19,100 nt of DNA from Archangiaceae bacterium (lineage in GTDB: Bacteria; Myxococcota; Myxococcia; Myxococcales; Myxococcaceae): contig JAYVCD010000408.1 in NCBI GenBank assembly GCA_043750125.1, positions 1 to 19,100 on the forward strand, in the 5' to 3' direction. Position numbers and translations under genes: made by a program. Shown here piece by piece: positions 9,442-19,100 of the stretch; the stretch's first letter is position 1, and each line of letters begins with the position of its first letter. Under the pieces are notes generated by a model, which was given only the letters and a program-made list of their open reading frames with translations, was not told where the DNA came from and searched no databases.

Positions 9442-10761
9442 ATGTTCGTGGGAAAGGGCAGGGTGATTCGGCGGGCGGCGGTGGGAATTGCTGCCCTCGG
9501 CGCGCTGCCTTCGGCGGGATCCGAAGGGGCGTTCGCAGACTCGCTGGGTCCGGTGTTGCTGGCTCTGGCGTTGATTCTCTTCGTGGCGAAGCTGGGAGGA
9601 GATCTCGCCCACCGCCTCGGCCAGCCTTCGGTGCTCGGAGAGCTTCTCGTCGGAGTGGCGCTCGGCAACCTCGGCCTCGTCGGCTTTCACGGGCTGGACT
9701 TTCTCAAAGCGGACCCCTCGCTCGACCTGCTCGCGCGCCTGGGGGTGTTGATTCTGCTCTTCGAAGTGGGGCTCGAGTCGACCGTCGCGCAGATGCTCGA
9801 AGTCGGCGCCTCGAGCCTGCTCGTCGCGATGGTGGGAGTCGCCATTCCGTTTGCGCTTGGCTGGGCCGTCGGCGCCTGGCTGCTGCCCGACCACTCGGTC
9901 TACGTGCACGCGTTCTTGGGGGCGAGCTTGTCCGCCACCAGCGTGGGCATCACGGCGCGGGTGCTGAAGGACCTCAACAAATCGCAGACGCGCGAGGCGC
10001 GAATCATCCTCGGCGCGGCGGTGATCGACGACGTGCTGGGCCTGGTGATCCTCGCGGTGGTGATTGCCGTCATCGCCGCCGCCGATGCCGGTCGGGCCAT
10101 TTCCGGGTGGGACCTCGCCCTCACCCTGGGCAAGGCGACCGGGTTCCTCGTCGGCGCGCTGGTCCTGGGACGGTGGCTGTCCCCCCGGCTGTTCGCGGTG
10201 GCCTCTCGGCTGCGCGCGTCGGGCGTGTTGCTCGCGGTTGCGCTGGGCTTTTGTTTTCTGCTCTCGTACTTCGCCGGCGCAATTGGCCTGGCTCCAATCG
10301 TCGGCGCCTTTGCGGCCGGGCTGGTTTTGGAAGATGCGCATTATGTCGAGCTGCAGACCCGTGAGAAGCGGACGCTCGAACAGCTGATGTCGCCCATTTC
10401 CCAGTTTCTGGTGCCGATCTTCTTCGTGCTGATGGGCGCGCGCACCGACCTTGTCAGCTTCGCGCAGCCGGGCGTGCTCGGACTGGCGGTGGCGCTGACC
10501 GCGGCGGCGATTCTCGGCAAGGCGGTGTGCAGCCTCGCCGCGCTCGGCCGGGGCCTCGATCGCTTGAGCATCGGGGTGGGAATGATTCCTCGCGGCGAGG
10601 TGGGGTTGATCTTCGCAAACGTCGGGCTGACCCTGGCGGTGAAGGGCGAGCGCATCGTCGACGCGGCGACGTTCGCCGCGGTGGTGGTGATGGTGGTGCT
10701 GACGACGATGGTGACTCCGCCCGCGCTGAGGTGGAGCCTGGCGCGCCAGAGAGCTCGATGA
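9442..10761 (+). CDS. Cation:proton antiporter (CPA2, Kef/NapA-type Na+ or K+/H+ exchanger)
   Basis: Many TM helices, with motifs LGQPSVLGELLVG, LLFEVGLE, SATSVGITARVL, AAVIDDVLG, GAFAAGL, PIFFV and GMIPRGEVGLIFA. Start could be ATG 9442 or GTG 9463. Confidence 0.93.
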   Translation: MFVGKGRVIRRAAVGIAALGALPSAGSEGAFADSLGPVLLALALILFVAKLGGDLAHRLGQPSVLGELLVGVALGNLGLVGFHGLDFLKADPSLDLLARLGVLILLFEVGLESTVAQMLEVGASSLLVAMVGVAIPFALGWAVGAWLLPDHSVYVHAFLGASLSATSVGITARVLKDLNKSQTREARIILGAAVIDDVLGLVILAVVIAVIAAADAGRAISGWDLALTLGKATGFLVGALVLGRWLSPRLFAVASRLRASGVLLAVALGFCFLLSYFAGAIGLAPIVGAFAAGLVLEDAHYVELQTREKRTLEQLMSPISQFLVPIFFVLMGARTDLVSFAQPGVLGLAVALTAAAILGKAVCSLAALGRGLDRLSIGVGMIPRGEVGLIFANVGLTLAVKGERIVDAATFAAVVVMVVLTTMVTPPALRWSLARQRAR

Positions 10762-11252
10762 ACGACAGCGAACGACTGGTGGCCCATTGCGCGCGTCTTC
10801 CCCGCGGCGTGCTGTACGACGAAGAGACCGCGCAGCTGTTGGACCTCGCCTCGGGAAAAACGCTGAAGCTGCCGGCGTCATCGATTCAGTCGATCGTCGA
10901 GCGCACCGACGACCAGAGCTTTCGGCCTTCGCTCTCGGTTCTGCTCGAGGACGGCCGGGCGTTGGCGCTGGTCGACTCTGGAATTTCATTTGCTCCGCTT
11001 TTCACCCACACCGGCCCTCTGGAAGAGCTGCCCGCGAGGGTGGGCTGGGGGGACTTCAGGGCCCGGGTCGAGCAGCTGAAACTCGAGCTGTACGGCCCGA
11101 GCGACACCGCGCTGGGGACGGGGACGGTGCGGATTCTGATGGGGTGCCTGGCGATCGTCGATGGCGCCCGCGCAGTGGGCTTCGAGGTCGCAGAAGAAGA
11201 GCGCGAGCTCGAATGGCACCTGAAGGAATTGGAGCGCCGCGCCCCAAGCTGA
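10758..11252 (+). CDS. Hypothetical protein (164 aa), translationally coupled to the antiporter
   Basis: ATGA overlap at 10758-10761. GC3-rich codons and globular composition (MNDSERLVAHCARLPRGVLYDEE...). Confidence 0.75.
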   Translation: MNDSERLVAHCARLPRGVLYDEETAQLLDLASGKTLKLPASSIQSIVERTDDQSFRPSLSVLLEDGRALALVDSGISFAPLFTHTGPLEELPARVGWGDFRARVEQLKLELYGPSDTALGTGTVRILMGCLAIVDGARAVGFEVAEEERELEWHLKELERRAPS

Positions 11253-11270
11253 CCCGGCCTCCGTCGTGCC

Positions 11271-12957
<1,687 letters not shown>

Positions 12958-12982
12958 GAGAAGTCTCAGAGCGCAGTTCCGC

Positions 12983-14107
12983 CTATCGCCTGGTTATGCC
13001 CACTTTCTTGGTTCGACGACGGCGCCAGGCACCCCTCGTCAGCGCCGCTCCCGCCCACAGTATGCTCGGCGCTTGAGAACAACCGCAGCCCACCTCTGAG
13101 GGACGTAGAGGCACCCCTACTGAGCTGTCCGGAAGGACTGGTACGGCCAGGCTCGCCTCGAGAAAGTCAGGATGTCGCGCGCGCACCACCGCGCCCGGCC
13201 GGACCGAACCGGTGACGGAAGGTGCCCCGGCCGGGATGGTGAGACTCGCAGTTGGCACCAGACAGTGGTCATCGGAAAAGACGTCGCCGGTTACGTCCGC
13301 GAGGATCGCGTAGGGGCCAACCGGCATTCCGCCCGCCGAGCTGCTCAGACTCAGCGTCAGGGCGGTGCAGCTCGTCGCCGGGGCCGCAGCAGAAAGGGCG
13401 AGTGCGCTGGCGGGCGCCTGGGTGTCGAAGCGCACATCGTCGAAGTGCAGCTCGCCGATAAATCGGCGGTCGTCTGCCCATGATTGCCCAATTGCCACTT
13501 GCTCCAACCGGGTCGAGGACCAGGCCAGGCCGCTGCGCTGAAACACCAGGCTTCCATTCCACCACAACCTTTCAGCGCCGGTGCTGGTGCCAAGCCCAGT
13601 CAAACCCACCTCTACCAACACCCACTCATTCAGCGGAAATGCCGCCCCAGTTTTGTCATCGAAAAAACTGACCCCGCCGCTTTGAATGTGGAGCTGAGGG
13701 CCGGGAAATTGGAGGCCGGCGTTTACGGTCAACAGCGGTCCTGGGCTCTGCAAGTAGGTGAAGAAAAAGTCACCCAGCCCATTGGAAGCCGCCAGCCGCA
13801 CCCAGCTGCGCACGTAAAAGTCCCCCGAGGTCACCGTGGCCTGAAGCTGGAGGCCCCCCTGGGTCCCGGCGCCGCTGGCTCCATCACCATCGACGAGTTT
13901 GAGGCCCAGCTTCCCTCGGTGGGCCGCGACCGAGGTCGTTGCGAGGGTGACCGACGCAGGGCCGGTGATGATTCGATCCCATGCGCCCACAGGCTTGAGC
14001 TCCAACCCAAGCTCGAAGTCCTCGGTGAGAACCGGAGCAGCCCGGCCGATCAACGGCGCGAGGCAGCAGATCAGCGCAAGGCCTCTCACGCCGACCAGCT
14101 TTAACAC
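12983..14107 (-). CDS. Secreted cell-surface protein, paralogue of 11710..12957, MYXO-CTERM-like tail
   Basis: Signal peptide ending ...LIGRA. Shares EDFE, AAHRG..GL...D, FDD.R and HxDFLE with the downstream gene. Tail is EVGCGCSQ...WRRRRTKK. Start overlaps the upstream stop. Confidence 0.8.
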   Translation of the reverse strand: MLKLVGVRGLALICCLAPLIGRAAPVLTEDFELGLELKPVGAWDRIITGPASVTLATTSVAAHRGKLGLKLVDGDGASGAGTQGGLQLQATVTSGDFYVRSWVRLAASNGLGDFFFTYLQSPGPLLTVNAGLQFPGPQLHIQSGGVSFFDDKTGAAFPLNEWVLVEVGLTGLGTSTGAERLWWNGSLVFQRSGLAWSSTRLEQVAIGQSWADDRRFIGELHFDDVRFDTQAPASALALSAAAPATSCTALTLSLSSSAGGMPVGPYAILADVTGDVFSDDHCLVPTASLTIPAGAPSVTGSVRPGAVVRARHPDFLEASLAVPVLPDSSVGVPLRPSEVGCGCSQAPSILWAGAALTRGAWRRRRTKKVGITRR

Positions 14108-14961
14108 CTTTGCCGCGAGCGGCGCAGGGCCAGCAAGACAGCAGTCGCCATGAACAGCAGCCCCTCTGTCAGCTGTCCCGACCCCGAACTGCAGCCGACC
14201 TGGCCCGAGATCGGCGCGGGCGGAAGCGGTGGAGAAAGCAGTGCACCGGCGTCGGCGACCGCGGGCCCTCTATCGGCTTGCTGCAGTGGCGTGCCGGAGT
14301 CTTGAGGGACGGTGGGTGGGCCCGCGTCAGACGTGCCCGAGTCGAGCGAACTGCCCGCGTCAGGAATTCCAGCGTCAGAAACGCCTGCGTCGCGAGCGCC
14401 AGCGTCGGGACTGCCTACTTCAGAAATGCCCGCGTCGGGAACGATGGCGGTGTACGTCGACCCTTGCGAGACGAGCGTAATCGTGCAGCGCAACTTCATC
14501 GGGTACAGCCTGGGATCATTGAACTCGATTTTGTTGAAGTTGCTGTCTTTGACCACCAGCGCAATTTCGCTCGACACGGCGTTCTTGGTCCAGTCGAGGG
14601 CGCTGTATTGCCACATCTGGGGCAGGTCTTTGTCCCATTCGAATACCCCGGTCTGCACAAAAGAATGAGCGCCCATGCAGCCGTACCCCGATGGCTGCAC
14701 GAAACAGGTCTCGTAGTTGATGGTTGCGTTGCTGGGTTTGGCAATTACTTCCAGGCGGAAATGCGCCTTGCCCTGATAGTAATTGATTGGAGTCTGCCAG
14801 TTGGCGGGAGGAGTCGCGCCTCCCGGGTAGGGCGGGCCCATATGATGGTGAGAGGGCTCAGGTCCGGTGCCCTGGTGAACATAAGTAATGTCCAACAACA
14901 CCTGCTGGCTGGCGAGGGCTGCGATCGGTGCGCAGACCGCGGCAATGAGAAGAAGTCGCAT
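14101..14961 (-). CDS. Secreted protein of unknown function with DAG-repeat stalk and MYXO-CTERM-like tail
   Basis: Signal MRLLLIAAVCAPIAALA and a roughly 155-aa aromatic-rich domain. PDAG/SDAG repeats follow, then GQVGCSS, a hydrophobic helix and RRSRQR. Confidence 0.8.
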   Translation of the reverse strand: MRLLLIAAVCAPIAALASQQVLLDITYVHQGTGPEPSHHHMGPPYPGGATPPANWQTPINYYQGKAHFRLEVIAKPSNATINYETCFVQPSGYGCMGAHSFVQTGVFEWDKDLPQMWQYSALDWTKNAVSSEIALVVKDSNFNKIEFNDPRLYPMKLRCTITLVSQGSTYTAIVPDAGISEVGSPDAGARDAGVSDAGIPDAGSSLDSGTSDAGPPTVPQDSGTPLQQADRGPAVADAGALLSPPLPPAPISGQVGCSSGSGQLTEGLLFMATAVLLALRRSRQRC

Positions 14962-14963
14962 GA

Positions 14964-16205
14964 TCAAAGGCCCCCAAGGGTGCCGGCTCCGAAGCCGAAC
15001 TTCGCAGTCGGAACGCCGGCCACGTTGAGCAGCGTTGCGAACAGGTCCCCGATGTTCTTCCCCTGGAAGTTCAGGTTACGACCGGTGGCGATCTTCCCAC
15101 CGCCCCGCCCGGCGAGGACGATCGGCATGTTTCCCCACCCGTGCGCGGCGCTGTCTCCGATTTCGCTCGAGGCATAGATGATTGTGTTGTCGAGCAACGT
15201 GCCGGCCCCTTCGGGCACCGACTTCAGCGCGGTGATGAGCTTTGCCAACTGGGCCATCTTGAACTGGGTGCTGCGAATGATGGTCGAGATGCTCCCTGCG
15301 TCGGTGCCGTGAGAGACATCGTGATCATTCGACGAGCCGCTCACCAGGCCATTTTCGTACATCGCGTCGGTGAGCTGGAACGTGACGAAGCGGGTGAGGT
15401 CACAGGCAAAAGCGCGGGCGATCAACGCACTGTACAGGGTGGCCCGGGTCGCGATGTCGGAGGACGCCGCGGGTCGGCTCAGTGTCGTGCAGGTGACGGG
15501 GGGGGACGTTCCGGCGTCGGTCAACTGCAGCTCGAGGTCACGAATTGCGGTGAGGTGCTCGTCCAGTCGCGCCTTGTCCGCTGCCCCCAGCCGGGCGCTG
15601 AGCGTGGCGTGCTCGGCCTTCATGAAGTCGAGCACACTGCGGCGATCGCGCAGCAGCGTCGACGGGGCCCCCATCGAAGGCAGGCCCGCCGAGAACAGCG
15701 CGTCGTAGACCTTCACCGGGTCGCGCTGCGGGGGCTCTGGGTTGTTGGGTCCGCGCCACGACTGATTGTGGAAATGAGTCGAGTACGGAGTATTGGTCTG
15801 GCCGGACATCACCAGCGAACGGAACCGGGTCGCCCCGCCGAGCTGAGCGGCCGCCACCTGCTCGAACGAAGGTCCGGAGGCACCGCCGGTACCGGGGTCG
15901 AGCGCGGTGGCAAAGGCAGCTCCGCCACAACCGTGCGAGCCATAACCGCCGAGGTTGGCGCGATTGAAGGCGCCGACCCCATTGTTGCTCAGGTTCCGGA
16001 TCACGTTCACGTCGCCCGCGACCGCGCTCAGTGTCTGGCGGCTGACCCCGTTGGCATTGTCCCAGTCGGCCAGGTTCACCCCATTGGGCCAGAAGAAGTT
16101 GATCAGCCGAATCGGAGCCGGGGTTGCTGCGTGCGCTTCGAGGAAAGGCAGAGCAACCGCGAAGCCGGCCGCCTTTAGAATCTGTCTGCGATTGAGCTTG
16201 AGCAT
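14964..16205 (-). CDS. DUF1552 (HXXSHH) family protein with twin-arginine-like leader
   Basis: Motifs LNRRQILKAAGFAVALPFLE, FWPNG, GPSFEQVAA, RRSVLDF, D..RLDEHLTAIRDLE, AFACDLTR, HDVSH, TLLDNT..Y.SSE and H...NMP.VLAG. ATG at 16205. Confidence 0.92.
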   Translation of the reverse strand: MLKLNRRQILKAAGFAVALPFLEAHAATPAPIRLINFFWPNGVNLADWDNANGVSRQTLSAVAGDVNVIRNLSNNGVGAFNRANLGGYGSHGCGGAAFATALDPGTGGASGPSFEQVAAAQLGGATRFRSLVMSGQTNTPYSTHFHNQSWRGPNNPEPPQRDPVKVYDALFSAGLPSMGAPSTLLRDRRSVLDFMKAEHATLSARLGAADKARLDEHLTAIRDLELQLTDAGTSPPVTCTTLSRPAASSDIATRATLYSALIARAFACDLTRFVTFQLTDAMYENGLVSGSSNDHDVSHGTDAGSISTIIRSTQFKMAQLAKLITALKSVPEGAGTLLDNTIIYASSEIGDSAAHGWGNMPIVLAGRGGGKIATGRNLNFQGKNIGDLFATLLNVAGVPTAKFGFGAGTLGGL

Positions 16206-16221
16206 GGTTGTGGTCCTGGGG

Positions 16222-17955
16222 TCAGTAAGCGGGGCGGTAACCAAACGCCGTGCCCGCGGTGTAGGTGCGCAGCAGGCTGGTGAAGCTGCCGTTGTCCGTG
16301 ACAAAGGCCTTCTTCGCCGCGGCGATGGTGCAGAGGTCCGCGCTGGTCTCGTTGGCTGCGAACACGTACCGGAACACCTGGGTGGATACACACGACGGCA
16401 CCGTGGGTTCATCGCGGAGGATATTCGCCAGCTCGATCAACCCGTTGAACGTCGTCCGGCTGCCGTCTGCGCGCAGCAGGAAGCCTGAGTCGTCGATGGC
16501 GGTGTTGCTGGCATCGACGGTACGAAGCGCTCCGATTCCGTCGAAGCGCGAGAGGGCGAACCCGACCGGCTCGAGGTGGTTGTGGCAACTGGCGCAGCCC
16601 GGAGCGGTGAGGCGCACCGAGAAGGTGTCGCGCTCGCTCTTGGTCGCCGTCACCACTTCCGGCGGCGGCAACATCAGCCCGTTGGGCGGAGGCGGCGGCT
16701 CGCTGCACAAGATCGCTCGGCGCACGAAGAGCCCGCGGTGCAGCGGAGAGATCTGCGTGGGCTTGGAAGTCCCGGCCAGGATACTGGCATGGCCGAGCAA
16801 CCCGACCCGCCGGCTCACCGCCGGATCCACGGTCGTCTTGCCCCAACCGTTGCCGGTCGGCGCAGTGATTCCATACAGCTGCGCCAGGGCAGCGTTTACT
16901 TCCAGCTCTTTGTCGTTGAGCACGTCGAGGAAGTTGGCGCCGGGGGTCCAGGCCTTCGAGGCCATCAGCCGCAGCGTCTGTTCGGTGGCTGCAGCCGCGA
17001 GCGCAGGGTTCCATCTCGAATACTCGATCGGGCTCGGGGGGCGGGTGGTGGTCCGGGTGAGGTCGAGCCACTGGGTCCAAAAGCTGGTGAAGCCAGCCTG
17101 GGTGCGGGCGTCTTTGATCAACTGCGCCGTGAGGGTTGCGAACGCGCCATCATCGTTGAGCGCGCCCGACGCGGCCTGGTCCAGCAGCGCGTCATCGGGA
17201 GCGGTTCGAAAGAGCGCAAAGGCAAGCCGGGACGCGCGCTCGAAACCATCGAGCTTGCGCAGGCCGGGGTGGGTCGGGTCCGGCGCGCCGATCTCTGGCC
17301 GAAAAAGAAAATTGGGGGACTGAAGAAATGCGGCGATCAACAGCCGCGGCGCAGACCAGACGTCGGCGTCCTGCGAAGTGGTCGCGGCCAGTCGGGCGAA
17401 CGCGCTGACTTCGTCAGCGGTGAGGGGGCGACGGTAGGCGCGTCGGCCGAACTTCTCGATGAAAGCCGCAAGGCAGCTGGCCCGGTTCGTTCCAGTCGGA
17501 TCGCAGCCCACCACCGAAGCCCGACGCACGGCATCGGTGGTCACCTTGCTGGCGATCGCCTCGGCGATCGTTTGATACACCCGCGCGTGCAGGCTCGAGA
17601 CCGAGTTCGCCTTTGCGTTGTTGTCGAAGTGGTTGAGCAGGTTGTCGGGTGGAAGGCCGTCGACCCCTTCGGCGCCCCGGGTGAGCCAGGTGAGGGTGTG
17701 GGTCAGCTCTTCGTTGGTGAGCCGGCGCATCACGATCGCCGGCGGCGCCACGCCTTCGGCACAAGCGGGCTCCCCGGGTGAATTTCCGCCGCCGCCCTCG
17801 CCGCCGAAGACTGTGCCGCCCGCGCCACCGGCGCCACCCGGGCCACCGACGACGCCCGGGCCACCGACGACGCCCGGGCCCACGGTGCTGCCCTGGGAAA
17901 TCACGCCCTCGCAACCGGTCAGAGCCAATAGTCCGAGGATCAATGCAGTGCGCAT
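16222..17955 (-). CDS. DUF1592-family (DUF1587/1595/1592/1588/1585) lipoprotein with CxxCH haem-binding motif
   Basis: Lipobox LTGC and Gly-rich linker. Motifs MRRLTNEE, FGRRAYRRPL, LQSPNFLFRPE, ASRLAF.L...PDDALL, R.GLL, SP.HRGLFVRRAILC.EPPPPP and CASCH...EPVGF.L.RFDGIG. Confidence 0.92.
   Translation of the reverse strand: MRTALILGLLALTGCEGVISQGSTVGPGVVGGPGVVGGPGGAGGAGGTVFGGEGGGGNSPGEPACAEGVAPPAIVMRRLTNEELTHTLTWLTRGAEGVDGLPPDNLLNHFDNNAKANSVSSLHARVYQTIAEAIASKVTTDAVRRASVVGCDPTGTNRASCLAAFIEKFGRRAYRRPLTADEVSAFARLAATTSQDADVWSAPRLLIAAFLQSPNFLFRPEIGAPDPTHPGLRKLDGFERASRLAFALFRTAPDDALLDQAASGALNDDGAFATLTAQLIKDARTQAGFTSFWTQWLDLTRTTTRPPSPIEYSRWNPALAAAATEQTLRLMASKAWTPGANFLDVLNDKELEVNAALAQLYGITAPTGNGWGKTTVDPAVSRRVGLLGHASILAGTSKPTQISPLHRGLFVRRAILCSEPPPPPNGLMLPPPEVVTATKSERDTFSVRLTAPGCASCHNHLEPVGFALSRFDGIGALRTVDASNTAIDDSGFLLRADGSRTTFNGLIELANILRDEPTVPSCVSTQVFRYVFAANETSADLCTIAAAKKAFVTDNGSFTSLLRTYTAGTAFGYRPAY
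17837..17880. repeat. In-frame 18-bp tandem repeat (about 2.4 copies) encoding GPGVVG in the lipoprotein linker
   Basis: CCCGGGCCACCGACGACG x2 followed by CCCGGGCC. Confidence 0.85.
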
Positions 17956-18115
17956 GGGCCAGCTCAATGCAGCAGTTGGGCCCAGGCGGCGGGGCAGGCA
18001 GGTGTCCGCGGATGCTGGCGAATCGAAGAAGCAGCGGTGTGCACGGGCTGGAGGTGGTGTCGGTCTGCCCTGACAGAGGCGAGCGCCGGCCCGGTGCAGC
18101 TAAGGTTCGACGCCG

Positions 18116-19100
18116 ATGGTGCGCGCGGTGTGGTGTCTGTGGGTGGTGCTCGGAGCCTGTGGGTTCCCCGCGCTCGACGTCACGGGGAAGACATGCTCGA
18201 GCCTGGACCTGTGTCCAGCGCCGTGGGTCTGCACGCGCGGTATCTGTAAAAAGTCGGCCACCCCGGTCACCGCGACGCCGGTATTTGCCCGGGGCCTCTT
18301 CGAAAGTGGAAGCCTGGCGCGGCAAAGAGTGCCGCATTCCCTGGGCGTCGCACCCAGCGCGTTGTGGCTGTGGACGATCGGCACCCGCGCGACCGCGCTC
18401 AGCGATGGAAGTGTGCTCGGCTTCGGCTTATCTGACGGAGTGCTCAGTCGCGCCCTCGCTTCCACCTCGGTGGGTGAGGGCTCGGTCGGTGAGATCGACG
18501 ATGCGTCGGTAGTCTGGCTGGATGCAGACGGGACGATCGGCGGGCGCGCCGTGCTCGACAGCTGGGACCCGACCGGCTTCACCCTGCGATGGACCGTGCT
18601 TCCAGTGGTCCCGGTGTCGCTGCACTTCGCGCTCGTCGGGGGCGAAGGCGTGGCCGCCGCGGTGCGAGATCTGTCGCCTGAAGTTTCAGTCGGGTTTGCG
18701 CCGGTGGTGGTGTTCGCGGTCGGCTCGGCGGGCACCGCGGCGCTCAACCGCAGCTCGCGGGGAGCTGGGTTTTCACTGGGAGTCGGAACTGCCGGCGCTT
18801 CGTGGGCACTGACCGAGCAACGCACCGACGCCGCCGCGGCGCCGATGAGCACGCACCTGCAGCAAGCCGGCTCGGCGTTGCTGCAGGGAACCACCGGGTT
18901 CACCTTGAGCCTCGGGAACGATGGCTTCAGCGTGAGCCCGGCGCCATTGATGCGCGGCTTCGCGATGGCGATCAGCGGCGTGGCGGTGAAAGCCGGCTCA
19001 GCCGCGAAGGTCAATGGAACGGTGAGCACCCTCTTCGCGCCTCGGCTGCTGTTTGCTGCAGGGACGCAAGACAGCTTTCAGACTTCGCCGCGCGCCGACG
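18116..19100 (+). CDS. Lipoprotein with Cys-rich N-terminal module and internally repeated beta-rich domain (3' partial; absent from ORF track)
   Basis: ATG 18116 opens at least 328 codons with no stop: MVRAVWCLWVVLGAC (lipobox), then CSSLDLCPAPWVCTRGIC, then repeats LGVAPSALWLW / VGFAPVVVFAV / LFAPRLLFAA. Confidence 0.8.
   Translation, partial: MVRAVWCLWVVLGACGFPALDVTGKTCSSLDLCPAPWVCTRGICKKSATPVTATPVFARGLFESGSLARQRVPHSLGVAPSALWLWTIGTRATALSDGSVLGFGLSDGVLSRALASTSVGEGSVGEIDDASVVWLDADGTIGGRAVLDSWDPTGFTLRWTVLPVVPVSLHFALVGGEGVAAAVRDLSPEVSVGFAPVVVFAVGSAGTAALNRSSRGAGFSLGVGTAGASWALTEQRTDAAAAPMSTHLQQAGSALLQGTTGFTLSLGNDGFSVSPAPLMRGFAMAISGVAVKAGSAAKVNGTVSTLFAPRLLFAAGTQDSFQTSPRAD

Noticed and set aside
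9403-10989. 528-aa minus-strand ORF with a poly-His run, and other long antisense ORFs (392, 1924, 3553, 6190, 15141, 16265, 16576)
   Set aside because: These are typical high-GC shadow frames opposite well-supported genes. The His run mirrors GTG/ATG codons of a TM helix.
18100-19029. 309-aa minus-strand ORF in the track
   Set aside because: It is the antisense shadow of the plus-strand lipoprotein starting at 18116, which has a lipobox and coherent repeats.

Overview
GC-rich bacterial DNA, most likely from Myxococcota (Myxococcales), judged from the MreB N-terminus, MYXO-CTERM-like tails, DAG linker repeats and the DUF1592/DUF1552 pair. Left to right it holds: the 3' end of a radical SAM/SPASM gene; an N-terminally truncated hybrid histidine kinase; a secreted DUF547-TlpA (CxxC) fusion; a small membrane ORF; a stand-alone 5'-3' exonuclease divergent from a stand-alone mreB; a decayed Tad/Flp pseudopilin cluster; glutathione peroxidase; an uncalled small C-terminally anchored ORF; a lipoprotein; a cation:proton antiporter plus a coupled hypothetical gene; a katG gene collapsed to about 260 bp next to a collapsed duplicate of the neighbouring gene; a five-gene minus-strand operon (DUF1592-family haem lipoprotein, Tat-exported DUF1552 protein, three MYXO-CTERM-like surface proteins); and a divergent Cys-rich repeat lipoprotein that runs off the window. 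Two themes stand out: the uncharacterised envelope operon, and repeated gene erosion by internal deletions that keep both gene ends. All family assignments come from motif recognition by eye; no database search was run.
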